Below, piece after piece: positions 8,494 through 18,427 of a DNA stretch of 64,000 bases; position 1 is the stretch's first letter; every line of letters starts with the position of its first letter. The position numbers were made by a program, and so were the translations under genes. The notes beneath the pieces are model-generated. The model searched no databases. It was not told the origin of the DNA and saw only the letters and a list, made by a program, of their open reading frames with translations. Source of the DNA: Acidobacteriota bacterium (GTDB lineage Bacteria; Acidobacteriota; UBA6911; RPQK01; JAJDTT01); assembly GCA_965217775.1 (NCBI GenBank), contig CBDCJH010000002.1:3680001-3744000 (forward strand). Direction: 5' to 3'.

Positions 8494-10368
8494 TTAAGGG
8501 GTAACGGTCCGGGCCACGCGGAACCCGATGAGGTGGAGCCGGAACGTGGTGGTGTCCCTGTAGCGGTTCGCGGAGCGCAGGTTCCTGGGTTCGCCGTACC
8601 AAGACCCGCCGCGCAAGACGCGCTGGGAACAGTCCCCGCTCTCCCACGCCGAGCCGTTTGTCGGCGCTCCTTGGTAACTCTCGTTCCAACAGTCCTGCAC
8701 CCATTCCCGCACGTTCCCATGCATGTCGTGCAGGCCCCAGCCGTTGGGACCGAACGATCCCACCGGCGCCGTCTGTGCGTTGTCCCATCGACTGCCGCAA
8801 CCATCGCAGTTAGCCCGGTTGCGGCCGATCTCATTTCCCCAACTGTACGCCGTCACCGATCCCGCCCGCGCCGCATACTCCCACTCCGCCTCGCTCGGCA
8901 ACCGGTACCGCTCCCCCGTCTGACCCGACAACCACCTCACATACGCCACCGCGTCCTCCCACGAAACCATGATCACCGGACGACGCCCACGGCCCCAGCC
9001 TGCGTCGTCCGCCGGCTCCCGGCCCGTCGCCGCCGTGAATCGATCGTACTCCTCGAACGTCACCTCGTATTTGGACAGCTCGAACCTTCCGACCCGAACC
9101 GTATGCACCGGGTGCTCGGTCTGAAAGCAGTCCTGACCCGAGACGCAACCCATCCGGAAGCTCCCCCCAGGGATCACTGCCATCTCCGGACGAATCGGGT
9201 CCACCTTGCTACGATCGTAGGGGTTGCTGCGGTCATAAGTGACTGAACTCTCGTTTCCTCCTCCCGGATTGATGGTCCAAGTCCCGTCCTTTTTGCCCTC
9301 CACATACGACCCTTGTTCCACGATCTGGCCGTCATTGTTGCGCTTTACCCAACGGCCGTGTTTCTTGCCTTCGACGTAGATCCCCTTCCAGTCCCCCTCG
9401 GACCAGACACCGTGCTTTTGGGCCGCCACGTACGACCCTTCCGACACCTTCCCCTCTGCTGTCCGCTGAGTGGACTGGCCCTGTTTCTTCCCTTCCACAA
9501 AGGAGACTTCCCACGTGTCTCCGCCCACGTTCCGGCCTGCCACTTGGCCATGCATCTTGCCGTCCACGTACGGCCTTTTCTCTATGGACCCGTCTGTCCA
9601 CCGGGCTGTCCACAAACCTTGCATTTTGCCTTCCACATAGGGTCCTTCCATCTGGTTCCCGGACAAGTTGCCGTCGTCATCTGCCCACTGGATGACCCAC
9701 TTTCCCTGCCGTTTCCCCTGCTCATACGGCCCTTCATAGACATGTCCATTCCAAGACCGGATCCTCCACCTGCCGTGGCGCTTACCGGACTCGAGTCGGC
9801 CAGATGATTCCGTGGTCTTCTTGCCCCCGTCGCTGACCCATTTCAGGGTGCCCGTGCCTTGCGCCAGACTCTCGGCACACTCGGCTGTCCAGGTCACCGT
9901 CTGGTCCGGCACAGGATCATCAACCCAGACGTGGCAGCCCGGCTGGTTGGCCAGTTCCTTCCAGCATTCGGAACCCTTCGGCTTGCCTTGGCACGTCTGG
10001 GTGGCGTTGAAGGTTTGCGCTTCGGCGGCGTTGAGCAACTCCAGGGCTTCGATGTACTGTTTCCCGTCGCGTCCGACAATTTCCAAATAGCGTGTCACCA
10101 TCCGGACCGCCCGGGCGGGACGGCCGGTCTGCTGCGCCGTTTGGGCGCTTCGAAAATAGAATTCTTCCGGAAGCTTCAGCCCCTTTTCCGCTTCCAGCAA
10201 ACTCATCTTGTCGAGCGCCGTTTGCGCCGCAGTGAAGTCCTGCCGCTCGATCGCTTGCCGAGCGGCCAGCAGGTAGCGATCCGCTTGGATCTCGGGCGGA
10301 AGCTGGGCGGCCGCCGGGGTCATCCCCAAAAAGACGATTACGACAACGTTCCGGAGAACTCTCGACAT
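8494..10368 (-). CDS. Secreted multidomain protein: helical N-terminus + Cys-rich module + MORN-like repeats + C-terminal FGE-sulfatase domain (DGR target)
   Basis: Signal peptide; repeated EGxYVEGKKxGxW units; RLPSEAEWEYAARAG; RVLRGGSW...GFRVARTVTP. Confidence 0.9.
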   Translation of the reverse strand: MSRVLRNVVVIVFLGMTPAAAQLPPEIQADRYLLAARQAIERQDFTAAQTALDKMSLLEAEKGLKLPEEFYFRSAQTAQQTGRPARAVRMVTRYLEIVGRDGKQYIEALELLNAAEAQTFNATQTCQGKPKGSECWKELANQPGCHVWVDDPVPDQTVTWTAECAESLAQGTGTLKWVSDGGKKTTESSGRLESGKRHGRWRIRSWNGHVYEGPYEQGKRQGKWVIQWADDDGNLSGNQMEGPYVEGKMQGLWTARWTDGSIEKRPYVDGKMHGQVAGRNVGGDTWEVSFVEGKKQGQSTQRTAEGKVSEGSYVAAQKHGVWSEGDWKGIYVEGKKHGRWVKRNNDGQIVEQGSYVEGKKDGTWTINPGGGNESSVTYDRSNPYDRSKVDPIRPEMAVIPGGSFRMGCVSGQDCFQTEHPVHTVRVGRFELSKYEVTFEEYDRFTAATGREPADDAGWGRGRRPVIMVSWEDAVAYVRWLSGQTGERYRLPSEAEWEYAARAGSVTAYSWGNEIGRNRANCDGCGSRWDNAQTAPVGSFGPNGWGLHDMHGNVREWVQDCWNESYQGAPTNGSAWESGDCSQRVLRGGSWYGEPRNLRSANRYRDTTTFRLHLIGFRVARTVTP

Positions 10369-10725
10369 GGCCTCTCTCCTGCTTGTTCCGTTCGCGGCGG
10401 TGAGCTTGGGATATCGCCGACTTAGATGCTCGAATTCTGCACGTTCAACCCGCTTCCCGGCGAGAGCTGCGGCAAACGGCGGTTCGGATTCCGCCAGTCC
10501 TCACTAACGTTTCAACCCTTTATGGTAGGGTTTGGCCAAGTCAGTGGTCGTCACGATTCCTCGATCCGGAATCCCAGGATCCGACGGCTTCGGGTACCAT
10601 GGACCGTTGCGCCTGACGCTGGAAGAAAGCTGCCCGACACCCGAACTCGCAGACAGGCTCGTAGAGTGTCAATGAATGCCGTCAGATGGATCGAACAAGA
10701 TACACAGAATCAACTCTAACACAAG

Positions 10726-10748
10726 AGAGTGGTATTAGTGTGAAAATA
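10726..10748 (+). promoter_or_regulatory. Conserved upstream motif AGAGTG-N8-GTGAAATAA
   Basis: Same motif and spacing at 31227-31249, at a similar distance (about 140-145 bp) upstream of the paralogous gene. Confidence 0.45.
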
Positions 10749-10889
10749 AGAGTATATAAGGTGTAAAATACGTGAAGCAATCAACTATTGCCATTGGCCG
10801 CAGAGCGCGGCGCATCCGGGTCCTGCGTCGAACCGACGCCTGGGGACGCTGAACCGCGCCTCGCTCCGGGGTGCGACGAGATTGGAAAA

Positions 10890-13232
10890 TTGAAGAGTCC
10901 CGAAGAACTGAGACGAGAGAACGAGGTGCTGCGGAACCGCATCTCCAAGCTGAGTGAGGCCAGTCTGCGCATCAGCGCGAGCCTCGAGGTCAGCACCGTC
11001 CTGCGTGAGGTGGTGGAACGCGCCCGCGCGCTGACCGGCGCTCGCTACGGCGGGATTGCGACCATGGACGACTCCGGGCAGTGCGAGGAATTCGTCACCT
11101 CCGGCTTCACCCGCGCCGAGCACCGGCAGATGACAGCCTGGCCGGACGCCTCACGGCTCTTCAAACACTTTCGAGACCTTCCGGGAGTGCTGAGAACCCG
11201 GGAGCTGCACAGCTACGTCCGGTCGCACGGTTTCTCCGCGGACCTGGTGCCGTCGAAGTCCTTCCAGGGGACGCCGATGCATCATCGAGGCTCGCATGTG
11301 GGCAACTTCTTTGTCTGCGGGAAGGAAGACGGGCCGGAGTTCACAAGCGAGGACGAAGAGGTCCTGTTGATATTCGCTGCGCAGGCAGCGACGGCGATCG
11401 CCAATGCCCGAACGCATCGGGACGAACAGCGGGCTCGGGCCGACCTGGAGGTCCTGATCGACACCTCGCCGGTGGGCGTGGTGGTCATGGAGGCCAGAAC
11501 CGTCAAGCCGATATCGTTCAATCGGGAGGCGATGCGGATCGTGGAAGGTCTGCGCACACCGGGTCAATCTCCGGAGCAGTTGCTGGAGGTCGTGACCTGC
11601 CGGTTCGGCGACGGGCGGGAGTTCTCCGCGAGAGATTTCGCGTTGGGAAAAGAGCTGCGCAACGCGACTCAGGTACGCGCCGGGGAGATCGTCCTCCGGG
11701 TCCCCGACGGCCGGAGTGTCACGACGCTGTTCAACGCCTCGCCGGTCCGTTCCGAGGACGGCACGGTCGAGTCCGTGATCGTCACCCTTCAGGACTTGGC
11801 TCCTCTGAAGGAGCTGGAGCAGTTGCGGGCCGAGTTCCTGGGTATGGTGAGCCACGAACTACGGGTTCCGCTGACCTCCATCAAGGGCTCGGCCGCCACC
11901 GCGCTGCGGGCGTCGCCGACGCCGGACCCGGCCGTAGTGCAGCAGTTCCTCCGCATCATCGATGACCAGGCCGATCACATGCACAGCCTGATCGACGATC
12001 TGCTGGATGCGGGTCGCATCGAGGCGGGCACGCTGGCGGTCGGCCCCGAGCCGACGGAGGTGGCCCGCTTGGTGGAACAGGCCAGGAACATGTTCCTGAG
12101 TGGAGAAGGCCGGCACACCGTCCGGATCGACCTGCCGCCGGATCTGCCCCGTGTGATGGCCGACCGCGGCCGCATCGTCCAGGTGTTGACCAACCTCCTG
12201 TCCAACGCGGCCCGGCACTCGCCCGAGTCATCCCCCATCCGGGTTGCCGCGGAGCGGGAGGGCGTTCACGTGGCGATCTCGGTCTCCGACAAAGGCCAAG
12301 GGGTGCCGCTGGATCAGTTGCCGCACCTGTTCCGGAAGTACTCGCGTAGCGGCGGCGATCGCGGGATCAGGGGGACCGGTCTGGGTCTGGCCATCTGCAA
12401 GGGTCTGGTGGAGGCCCACGGGGGGCGCATCCGCGCCGAGAGTGGCGGGGCGGGCCTGGGCACGCGGTTCACCTTCACGATTCCGGTGGCGGAGGACGCC
12501 GCGCCCGGCCTCGCCCGGAGCTCTTCGCGCCCGCCTCGGGAAGAGGGGGAGCGAACCCGCATCCTGGTGGTGGACGACGACCCGCAGACACTCCGCTACG
12601 TTCGCGACGCGCTCGAGGCGGCCGGCTATTCCCCTCTCGTGACGGGCGACCCAGGGAAGGTGTCCCGCCTCATCAAGGAGAAACAACCCCGGCTGGCTCT
12701 GTTGGACCTGATCTTGCCCGGGACCGATGGAATCGAGTTGATGGAGCGCCTCCCCGAGCTGGCCGATCTGCCCGTCATCTTCATCTCCGGATACGGCCGG
12801 GACGAGACGATCGCCCGGGCCCTGGAGGTCGGGGCGGCCGATTACATCGTCAAACCCTTCTCGCCGACGGAATTGGTCGCGAGAGTCCAAGCGGCCCTGC
12901 GCCGGCGCGACGAGCTGCCCGAACCCTTCCGCTCGGGGGACCTGTCCATCCACTACGAGGACCGCCAGGTGGCCGTCGCCGGCCGTCCGGTCCGGTTGAC
13001 GGCCACCGAATACGAGTTGCTGCGAGTGCTCTCGGTCAACGCGGGACGGATCGTGAAGTACGATTCCCTGCTCCGCCAAGTATGGCGCCGAGGGGATTCC
13101 GGCGACCATCGGCGGGTGCGCGCCTTCGTGAAGATGCTCCGCCGCAAGCTGGGCGATAATGCGGCCAGCCCGACCTATATCTTTACCGAGCGCCAAGTCG
13201 GCTACCGGATGGCTCGCCCCAGCGACCTTTGA
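10890..13232 (+). CDS. Hybrid GAF-PAS-histidine kinase-receiver-OmpR winged-helix regulator, paralog 1
   Basis: VSHELRVPL H-box, NLLSNA, GTGLGL, ILVVDDD, DYIVKPF, LTATEYELL...GYR; TTG start aligned with paralog 2. Confidence 0.9.
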   Translation: MKSPEELRRENEVLRNRISKLSEASLRISASLEVSTVLREVVERARALTGARYGGIATMDDSGQCEEFVTSGFTRAEHRQMTAWPDASRLFKHFRDLPGVLRTRELHSYVRSHGFSADLVPSKSFQGTPMHHRGSHVGNFFVCGKEDGPEFTSEDEEVLLIFAAQAATAIANARTHRDEQRARADLEVLIDTSPVGVVVMEARTVKPISFNREAMRIVEGLRTPGQSPEQLLEVVTCRFGDGREFSARDFALGKELRNATQVRAGEIVLRVPDGRSVTTLFNASPVRSEDGTVESVIVTLQDLAPLKELEQLRAEFLGMVSHELRVPLTSIKGSAATALRASPTPDPAVVQQFLRIIDDQADHMHSLIDDLLDAGRIEAGTLAVGPEPTEVARLVEQARNMFLSGEGRHTVRIDLPPDLPRVMADRGRIVQVLTNLLSNAARHSPESSPIRVAAEREGVHVAISVSDKGQGVPLDQLPHLFRKYSRSGGDRGIRGTGLGLAICKGLVEAHGGRIRAESGGAGLGTRFTFTIPVAEDAAPGLARSSSRPPREEGERTRILVVDDDPQTLRYVRDALEAAGYSPLVTGDPGKVSRLIKEKQPRLALLDLILPGTDGIELMERLPELADLPVIFISGYGRDETIARALEVGAADYIVKPFSPTELVARVQAALRRRDELPEPFRSGDLSIHYEDRQVAVAGRPVRLTATEYELLRVLSVNAGRIVKYDSLLRQVWRRGDSGDHRRVRAFVKMLRRKLGDNAASPTYIFTERQVGYRMARPSDL

Positions 13233-13349
13233 GGGAGGGCCCCGACATTCCTGGTCAGGCTGCGGAAGATAAGGCGAAACAGTGAAGAGGCGCTTTCACC
13301 AGCTCGATATTGGAATCCCGTAATCTCGTCCACCCGGCACCTCCGGCCG

Positions 13350-14243
13350 TCACCTCCGCTTCACCTGACGGGCAATCTCGGGCAGGCTGGCCAGCACCAC
13401 GGCGCCGACCATTTCCAGGTTGGGTCCGGAGAGCTTGTCGAGCGTGTCCGACGGCTTGTGCCAATGGGCGTAGTTGAGGTCGATGAGGTCCACGGCAGGG
13501 ATCCCGGCGCGGAGGAAGGGGAGGTGATCGTCGTCGATGGGGGAAGTGCGTCCCGAGGGCCGGAAGATTCGTTGGTGCCCCAGCCGCGAGCCCTGTTCCC
13601 AGATGATCTTGGTCAACCAAGGAGTGGAGTTCGGTTCCCGGAAGATCCGCAGGTCCTTTCCGCCCACCAGGTCCAACAGGATCATGGCGCCGACGTTGCG
13701 CAGGTTCCCCCGGTCCCCCTCCCGCTTCACGAACTCCCGGCTGCCGTACAGGCTGTCGGCGGAGGTCCAGGTTCCCAGCGCCTCCTCTCCGTCGAAGAAG
13801 ACGAACCAGAAGGTGAGATCGGTGGGGTTGTCCTGGAACAGCACGCGGGCCAACTCCAGGAGCAGGCCGGTACTGGACGCGCCGTCGTTGGCCCCCACGA
13901 ACTCGAAGGTGTCGAAGAACTTGCTGTCGTAGTGGCTGGCCAGGATCAGAACCTTCTCATCGCGGCCGGGAAGAATGCCCCGGATGTTGGTCATAGGCAG
14001 GCGCCCCCGGGGCGTGACCGGACGAAAGGTGTGGGTGTCCACCTGGAGGCCCAGGGCTTCCAGTTGCCCGGCGATGTACTCGCCCACCTTCCGCTGGGCC
14101 TCGGTTCCGGGCGGATGGGGACCGTGGCGCACCATCTCCCGGGTGTGGCGGAGGACCTGAAGGCCGTCGACGCCGGCTCCCTGGCCGCAGCAGACGGCCA
14201 GCGCCAGCAGAGTGAGGAGGCGGATGAAGAGTCCCTTGGACAT
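13350..14243 (-). CDS. M28 family peptidase / glutaminyl cyclase-like
   Basis: SHYDSK, GANDGASS, FFDGEE, DDDHLPF, HWH. Confidence 0.85.
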   Translation of the reverse strand: MSKGLFIRLLTLLALAVCCGQGAGVDGLQVLRHTREMVRHGPHPPGTEAQRKVGEYIAGQLEALGLQVDTHTFRPVTPRGRLPMTNIRGILPGRDEKVLILASHYDSKFFDTFEFVGANDGASSTGLLLELARVLFQDNPTDLTFWFVFFDGEEALGTWTSADSLYGSREFVKREGDRGNLRNVGAMILLDLVGGKDLRIFREPNSTPWLTKIIWEQGSRLGHQRIFRPSGRTSPIDDDHLPFLRAGIPAVDLIDLNYAHWHKPSDTLDKLSGPNLEMVGAVVLASLPEIARQVKRR

Positions 14244-14330
14244 GTTGTCGGGAGATCCGGTGCGAACACTCGGAGCGAGCGCCCGGCTGGTGCGATGGAG
14301 GACCGGCCGGGACACCGCGCCAGCCGAACT

Positions 14331-14358
14331 CCGTGGCGACTTTCGCCACGGGCTGCTA
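14331..14358 (-). repeat. Solo end of the CTAG-MITE family
   Basis: Reverse complement TAGCAGCCCGTGGCGAAAGTCGCCACGG differs at one base from 36814-36841. Confidence 0.6.
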
Positions 14359-14404
14359 TCCTACATTGCTCAATTTCGTACTATACCCCAGAAAGGAGCC
14401 GTTC

Positions 14405-16492
14405 ATGAAGGTCTACGACAGCAGGGCAATCCGCAACGTCGGCCTGATCGGTCATGGGGATTCCGGCAAGACCACTCTGGCCAGCGCCATGCTCTACTTG
14501 GCCGGGGCGGTGAACCGCCTGGGTCGAGTGGACGACGGGAACACGGTCACCGACTACGACGACGACGAGATTTCCCGGCAGATCACCATCAACACGGCCG
14601 TCGCCCACTGCGAGTGGGGATCCAGCAAGATCAACCTCATCGACACGCCGGGCTATCCGGCTTTCATCCTGGACGCCAAGTCCTCCCTGATGGGGGCCGA
14701 CTCGGCCCTGCTGGTCGTCGATTCCACGGCCGGAGTGGAGGTGCAGTCGGAGAAGGCGTGGGAGTTCGCCGAAGAGCATCGGCTGGCCCGCGCCGTGGTC
14801 TTCAACAAGCTGGACCGGGACCGGGCCGGCTTCGAGAGAAGCCTGGAGTCGGTTCACAAGTCCTTCGGGCGGACGGTGGTGCCGGTGCAGATTCCCATGG
14901 GCGAGGAGGCGTCCTTCCGGGGGATCATCGACTTGATCGGCGAGAAGGCCTACGTCTGCGAAACGGACGGGAGCGGGAATTTCCAGGAAACGGCCATTCC
15001 GGACGAGCTTCAGGAGGAAGCCGAGCAGCGCCGTGAAGAGCTGATCGAGATGGTGGCCGAGAGCGACGACGATCTGATGGAGAAGTACTTCGAGGAGGGC
15101 ACGCTGACCCAGAGCGAGCTGGTGCAGGGGCTGCGCAGCTTCTTCGTGGACCGGTCCATCGTCCCCGCCTTCTGCGTGTCGGCCGGAAAGAACATGGGAG
15201 TGAAGCAGCTCATGGACGCCATGGTGGAGCTCTTCCCCAATCCCTTGGAGAGGACTCCCGTCCCGGGCCTGACGACGGGATCGGAGGAGGAGGAGGAGGT
15301 CGAGCTTTCCATCTCACCGGACGGCCCCGTCACGGCCTACGTCTTCAAGACTCTGGCCGATCCCTTTGCCGGGCGCATCAACCTGGTGAAGGCGATCACC
15401 GGAACCGTCAAATCGGACTCGAACCTGCGCAACCGGACCGCCGAATCCAACGAACGCCTGGGCGCGGTCCACATCCCCCAGGGAAAGAGCTACGAGCCCG
15501 TGCCGGAACTCCGGCCCGGAGACCTGGGCGCGGTGATGAAGCTGAAGAATACCGCCACCGGCGACACCCTTTCGGAACCCTCGGCCCGCAGCATCGTCCG
15601 CAAGGTGGAGTTTCCCGAGGCCGCGATCAGCTTCGCCGTGGAGCCGAAGTCTCGGGGCGACGAAGACAAGATCGGCAACGCCATCGCCCGGGTGATCGAG
15701 GAGGACCCCTCCATCTCGTTCCGCCGCGAAGCCCAGACCAAGGAGTTTCTGCTCTCCGGCACCGGTCAGCTTCACGTGGAGGTGACGGTGGCCAAGCTGG
15801 AGCGCAAGTACGGCGTCCACGTCATTCTGAAGCCGCCCAAGGTGCCCTATCGGGAGACCATCACCGGAAACGCCGACGTCCACGGGCGGCACAAGAAACA
15901 GACCGGCGGACACGGGCAGTTCGGAGACTGCAAGATCCGGATTGAAGGGCTTCCCCGAGGCTCCGGTTTCGAGTTCGAGAACAAGATCTTCGGCGGGTCC
16001 ATCCCCAGGAATTTCATCCCGGCCGTGGAAAAGGGGATCGTGGAGTCGGCGGAGAGGGGGTTCGTGGCCGGGTATCCGGTGGTGGACTTCAAGGTCACCC
16101 TCTATGACGGCAGCTACCATGAAGTGGACTCCTCCGAGATGGCCTTCAAGATCGCCGGGTCGCTGGCCTTCCGCAAGGCCATGGAACGGGCACGGCCGGT
16201 GCTGTTGGAGCCCATCATGAAGGTGGAGGTCTACGTGCCGGAGGAGAACTCGGGCGACATCATGGGCGACCTGAACTCCCGGCGCGGACGGATCCAGGGC
16301 ATGGACATCAAGACCGGCATGCAGGTGGTCCACGCCGAAGTCCCGCTGGCCGAGATGCTCAACTACGCGCCGACACTGACCTCGGTGACGGGAGGACGGG
16401 GCAGCTTCCACATGGAAAAGTCCCACTACGACATCGTTCCGCCGCACTTCGCCGAAAAGGTGATCGAGGAGGCCAAACGGGACAAGAAGTAG
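14405..16492 (+). CDS. fusA: Elongation factor G-like protein (EF-G2 type)
   Basis: GHGDSGKTT, DTPG, NKLD, HKKQTGGHGQFG, DGSYHEVDSSEMAFK; switch I RQITI instead of RGITI; not in an str operon. Confidence 0.9.
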   Translation: MKVYDSRAIRNVGLIGHGDSGKTTLASAMLYLAGAVNRLGRVDDGNTVTDYDDDEISRQITINTAVAHCEWGSSKINLIDTPGYPAFILDAKSSLMGADSALLVVDSTAGVEVQSEKAWEFAEEHRLARAVVFNKLDRDRAGFERSLESVHKSFGRTVVPVQIPMGEEASFRGIIDLIGEKAYVCETDGSGNFQETAIPDELQEEAEQRREELIEMVAESDDDLMEKYFEEGTLTQSELVQGLRSFFVDRSIVPAFCVSAGKNMGVKQLMDAMVELFPNPLERTPVPGLTTGSEEEEEVELSISPDGPVTAYVFKTLADPFAGRINLVKAITGTVKSDSNLRNRTAESNERLGAVHIPQGKSYEPVPELRPGDLGAVMKLKNTATGDTLSEPSARSIVRKVEFPEAAISFAVEPKSRGDEDKIGNAIARVIEEDPSISFRREAQTKEFLLSGTGQLHVEVTVAKLERKYGVHVILKPPKVPYRETITGNADVHGRHKKQTGGHGQFGDCKIRIEGLPRGSGFEFENKIFGGSIPRNFIPAVEKGIVESAERGFVAGYPVVDFKVTLYDGSYHEVDSSEMAFKIAGSLAFRKAMERARPVLLEPIMKVEVYVPEENSGDIMGDLNSRRGRIQGMDIKTGMQVVHAEVPLAEMLNYAPTLTSVTGGRGSFHMEKSHYDIVPPHFAEKVIEEAKRDKK

Positions 16493-16494
16493 TA

Positions 16495-16612
16495 GGAGCG
16501 GCGGCTTTCTTGCCGCCGAATGGGAGCGGCGGCTTTCTTGCCGCCGCACTCCGAATGCAACATAGAGGCACGGAGGAAAATAAGGATGGGCGACAAGAAA
16601 ATCGCCCCTCCC
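16495..16612. repeat. REP doublet plus inverted REP (same family)
   Basis: Two tandem GGAGCGGCGGCTTTCTTGCCGCCG and one inverted GGGCGACAAGAAAATCGCCCCTCC. Confidence 0.75.
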
Positions 16613-16668
16613 AGTCTCTCTCGTAAATTCGCCGGGACGCCGGCCGGTTCGCAAGCTCTTCAAACACC

Positions 16669-17472
16669 ATGTTTCCCAAGCTGTTGGAAATCGGCCCCCT
16701 GACCCTTCACACCTACGGGGCTCTGCTGGCGACCGCCTGCCTGTCGGCCATCTTTCTCTTCGCCCGGCTGGGGGAACGCGACGGCATACCCCGGCAGCGG
16801 AGCTGGGACCTGGGATTCATCATCATCCTCTCGGCCATCGTCGGCGCCAAGCTGCTGATGATCCTCACCAACTGGGAGACCTATCTGGCGCAGGATCCCT
16901 CAAGGTTGTTCACCCTGGGGTTCTGGCAGGCCGGCGGCGTCTACTACGGGGGCTTGCTCGGGGCCATGGCCGGCAGCTATCTCTACGTCCGGCGGCAGCC
17001 GTTCATGGACTTCCGGACGGTGGCGGACGCCGCGGGACCGGCCATCGCCCTGGGACAGACCATCGGGCGTCTGGGCTGTTTCGCCGCCGGGTGCGACTAC
17101 GGGCAACCCTGCTCCCTCCCCTGGGCCGTCACCTTCACCAGCGAGTACGCCCATCGCGTGGTGGGCGTCCCCATCAACGTGGCGCTGCACCCGACCCAGA
17201 TCTACGAGTCGCTGGCGACGTTCATCCTGTTCCTCTTCCTGTTCTGGCTGCACGGGGCGCGGCGCTTCAAGGGACAGGTCTTCGCCGCCTACCTCCTCTG
17301 CTACTCGATCCTGCGCTTCGGCATCGAGTTCTTCCGGGGCGACGCCGACCGGGGCTTCGTGTTCGGAGGAGCCCTCTCCACTTCCCAGTTCATCAGCCTG
17401 CTGCTCGTTCCCTGCGGCCTGCTGCTCTACCGCTACATGAGAAGAAACCCGGTTCCTTCACGCCGTGGTTGA
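16669..17472 (+). CDS. lgt: Prolipoprotein diacylglyceryl transferase
   Basis: GPLTLHTYG, GGVYYGG, GRLGCF, HPTQIYES, RFGIEFFR. Confidence 0.93.
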   Translation: MFPKLLEIGPLTLHTYGALLATACLSAIFLFARLGERDGIPRQRSWDLGFIIILSAIVGAKLLMILTNWETYLAQDPSRLFTLGFWQAGGVYYGGLLGAMAGSYLYVRRQPFMDFRTVADAAGPAIALGQTIGRLGCFAAGCDYGQPCSLPWAVTFTSEYAHRVVGVPINVALHPTQIYESLATFILFLFLFWLHGARRFKGQVFAAYLLCYSILRFGIEFFRGDADRGFVFGGALSTSQFISLLLVPCGLLLYRYMRRNPVPSRRG

Positions 17473-18427
17473 AACAGACGAGACTCGAACCGAGACCATC
17501 CGCCTCAGGGTGAGCTCCAGCGACGCGGGCCGGCGCCTGGACGCCTACCTGAGCCGCCGCCTCTCCCAGTTCAGCCGCAGCCGTATCCGGCGCTGGGTAG
17601 ACGGCAACCGGGTCCTGGTGCTCGGCCAGGGCCGCAAGCCCAGCTACCGGCTGCGTCCGGGAGACGAGATCCGGGTGGACCCGCCCCCGCCGGAGCCCTC
17701 GCACCTGACGCCGGAACCGATTCCCCTGACCGTGCTCCACGAGGACTCGTGCCTGCTGGTGGTGGACAAGCCGGCGGGACAGGTGGTGCATCCGGGAGCC
17801 GGCAACCGGAGCGGGACTCTGGCCAACGCCCTCGCCTACCATCTGGAGGAGCTGAGCCGGCAGGAGACGGTCAGGCCGGGAATCGTGCACCGGCTGGACA
17901 AAGGGACCTCGGGACTCCTGGTGGTGGCCAAGACGGAGCAGGTACACGATCATCTCTCCGGTCAGTTCGCCCGACGGGAGGTGAAGAAGCGTTACCTGGC
18001 CCTGGTGCACGGCTCGGTGGCGAAGGACCGGGGTGAGATCGACGTGTCCCTGGGGCGCCATCCCCGGTCCCGAACCCGGATCTCGACCCGGACCCGCAAG
18101 CCGCGCCCCGCCCTGACCCGCTACCGGGTGCTCTCGCGGCATCCGGGCTTCACCTGCCTGTCGGTCGCGCCCCACACCGGACGGACGCACCAGATCCGGG
18201 TCCACCTGACTCATCTGGGGCACCCGGTGGTGGGAGACGGCACCTATGGAGGCCGGCGGCTCCGCCGGTTGCCCGATTCGATCCGCGCCTCGGCAATGGT
18301 CCGGATGGGACGCCACTTCCTCCACGCGGCCTCCCTGGCCTTCCTCCACCCCGGCACCGGACGGCGGGTGCGCTTCGAGAGTCCCTTGCCCCCGGAACTT
18401 GAAGGGGTTCTGGGGATTTTGGAATAA
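17465..18427 (+). CDS. rluD: RluA family pseudouridine synthase (RluD-like)
   Basis: S4 domain RLDAYL, DKPAG..VHP, VHRLDKGTSG, TGRTHQIRVH, GD.TYG. Confidence 0.9.
   Translation: MVETDETRTETIRLRVSSSDAGRRLDAYLSRRLSQFSRSRIRRWVDGNRVLVLGQGRKPSYRLRPGDEIRVDPPPPEPSHLTPEPIPLTVLHEDSCLLVVDKPAGQVVHPGAGNRSGTLANALAYHLEELSRQETVRPGIVHRLDKGTSGLLVVAKTEQVHDHLSGQFARREVKKRYLALVHGSVAKDRGEIDVSLGRHPRSRTRISTRTRKPRPALTRYRVLSRHPGFTCLSVAPHTGRTHQIRVHLTHLGHPVVGDGTYGGRRLRRLPDSIRASAMVRMGRHFLHAASLAFLHPGTGRRVRFESPLPPELEGVLGILE

Noticed and set aside
7221-10800. Complete, active DGR
   Set aside because: No reverse transcriptase motif and no AAC-rich template repeat found in the window; avd is truncated.
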